From assembly GCA_963748015.1 (NCBI GenBank), contig CAVVHE010000004.1, positions 1,440,001 to 1,504,000 of the forward strand: a stretch of 64,000 nt of DNA, read 5' to 3'. This document shows positions 62,863 to 64,000 of this stretch, in pieces. The stretch is from Terriglobia bacterium. GTDB taxonomy: Bacteria; Acidobacteriota; Polarisedimenticolia; Polarisedimenticolales; JAIQFR01. Numbering within the stretch: the first letter of the stretch is position 1; every line of letters starts with the position of its first letter. The position numbers and the translations under genes were made by a program. The notes under the pieces are model-generated. The model made no database searches and had not been told where the DNA came from. It saw nothing but the letters and a program-made list of their open reading frames with translations.

Positions 62863-64000
62863 GTGCAAAGGCCACGTTCAGAGCGGTTGATCCTCCTCGT
62901 TCAGGGCGGACTGTGTTTCTCCCCTGTCTTCCTGACGATGCTCTTTCATGTCCTCGGGCGCCCACCCGAAGACGCGGTCTATCCACTGTGCCTGCTGTTC
63001 TTCCTCTCCGCAATTTGGGCAGTGCTATCCTGGAGAATGCTCGTCGGAGAGTACTTCGAACCCTATTTCCTGTTCTACGTATCTGCCGTGCTGTTCAACG
63101 GCGGCCAACTGCTGCTGGAAGTCCTTGGACTCAATCCTAAGGGCGTACTCGACGGCGCATTCACGACAGACACGACCGTAGATTCGATCGTTCTGGTGAC
63201 CATGGCCCTCTGTTCAGCGCACTTCGGCGCGCTATTGGCTGCACAAAGGCACCGATTGGTGCGGAATCTTTCTCGCGCCTTCGAACCAGCAAGAACATCT
63301 CTACAACTCTGTCGGTCGTCGGTTGGGCGTTGATCTCCGTGTCCTTTCTTCCCGCGTTGCTGCAGCTCAACAAAGCGATCGCCTTGGTCTTGGCCGGTGG
63401 ATACGTAGCATTGTATGAACAGGATCCAGTGGTAGGACTTCAAGCTGCGCCAACCGTGATTGCGTCTTTCATCGTCCCGTAGACTACTTTTCCTGGCCGG
63501 GAGGGACACAGTCATTTGGGAAGATCTTCGCCAGCATCACTGCTGATACTTACGCCGGCGTGACGTTCTTCTTGGGTTCTAGAGCGACCGCCGCGATGCC
63601 GCTCATTGCGTTTGCCTGGCTCTGGCATCGGCAAATCCGTCCGTTTCCCCGTTGGCTATTGTTGGTCCTTGCACTTGGCATGATCTTGGTCGTGTTCCCT
63701 GCGATTAGGGAGTTCCGGAACTTCTCCGGCGATGATCGCAAGTCGGCTACGTTTGCGGTTCACTCCTATTCTGAACTGGATAACACGACAGTGTCAGCGG
63801 TGTCTGAGATGGGATCCTCGCAAGCGACCGTCGCTTACACCCTCGACCTCGTACCAAGCACACGCTCCTACGACTACGGACTTAGCTACGCTTACGCGCT
63901 GTTGACCGTATTCCCAAATCTGTTTTGGGACGTTCACCCGACGATCAAACGAGGAGTCCATTCCATCTGGCTTGTGCGGACGGTCAATCCTGCCCTGGCC
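62863..64000 (+). CDS. wzy: Wzy-type polysaccharide polymerase, frameshifted, runs off the right edge
   Basis: Multi-TM N-terminus (FEPYFLFY..FNGGQ); hand-translated later frame FFLGSRATAAMPLIAFAWLW..EMGSS..YDYGLSY; frame breaks near 63300-63550. Confidence 0.7.

Overview
Very GC-rich bacterial chromosomal segment, probably Acidobacteriota-like (inferred from gene content). It is mostly housekeeping genes: tatA, selB, a hybrid sensor kinase, a sigma-70 factor, rhomboid, a sigma-54 activator, an M20 dipeptidase, trxA-ccdA-ddl-HNH, cobB-larC-metG, rpmE-prfA-prmC-pta-hfq-like, tig-clpP-clpX-lon-engB-rho, six tRNAs, ychF, selA, purH, rlmN, an ECF sigma/anti-sigma/DUF4097 module, a second rho and pyrE. 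The right end is a surface-polysaccharide locus (gmd, fcl, wzc, O-antigen ligase, lower-GC wzx and wzy with several frameshifts) interrupted by a DUF4160/HTH toxin-antitoxin-like pair. The most striking unexplained signal is a family of three dispersed 160-240 nt intergenic elements (10607-10785, 17767-18005, 21865-22023, plus a partial tandem copy). Each has a 36-37 bp closing stem whose sequence differs between copies, covarying inner stems and near-invariant junction sequences. Each sits just after a stop codon in the same orientation relative to that gene. This is a candidate undescribed structured RNA or structure-selected repeat. No CRISPR array, integrase or transposase was seen.
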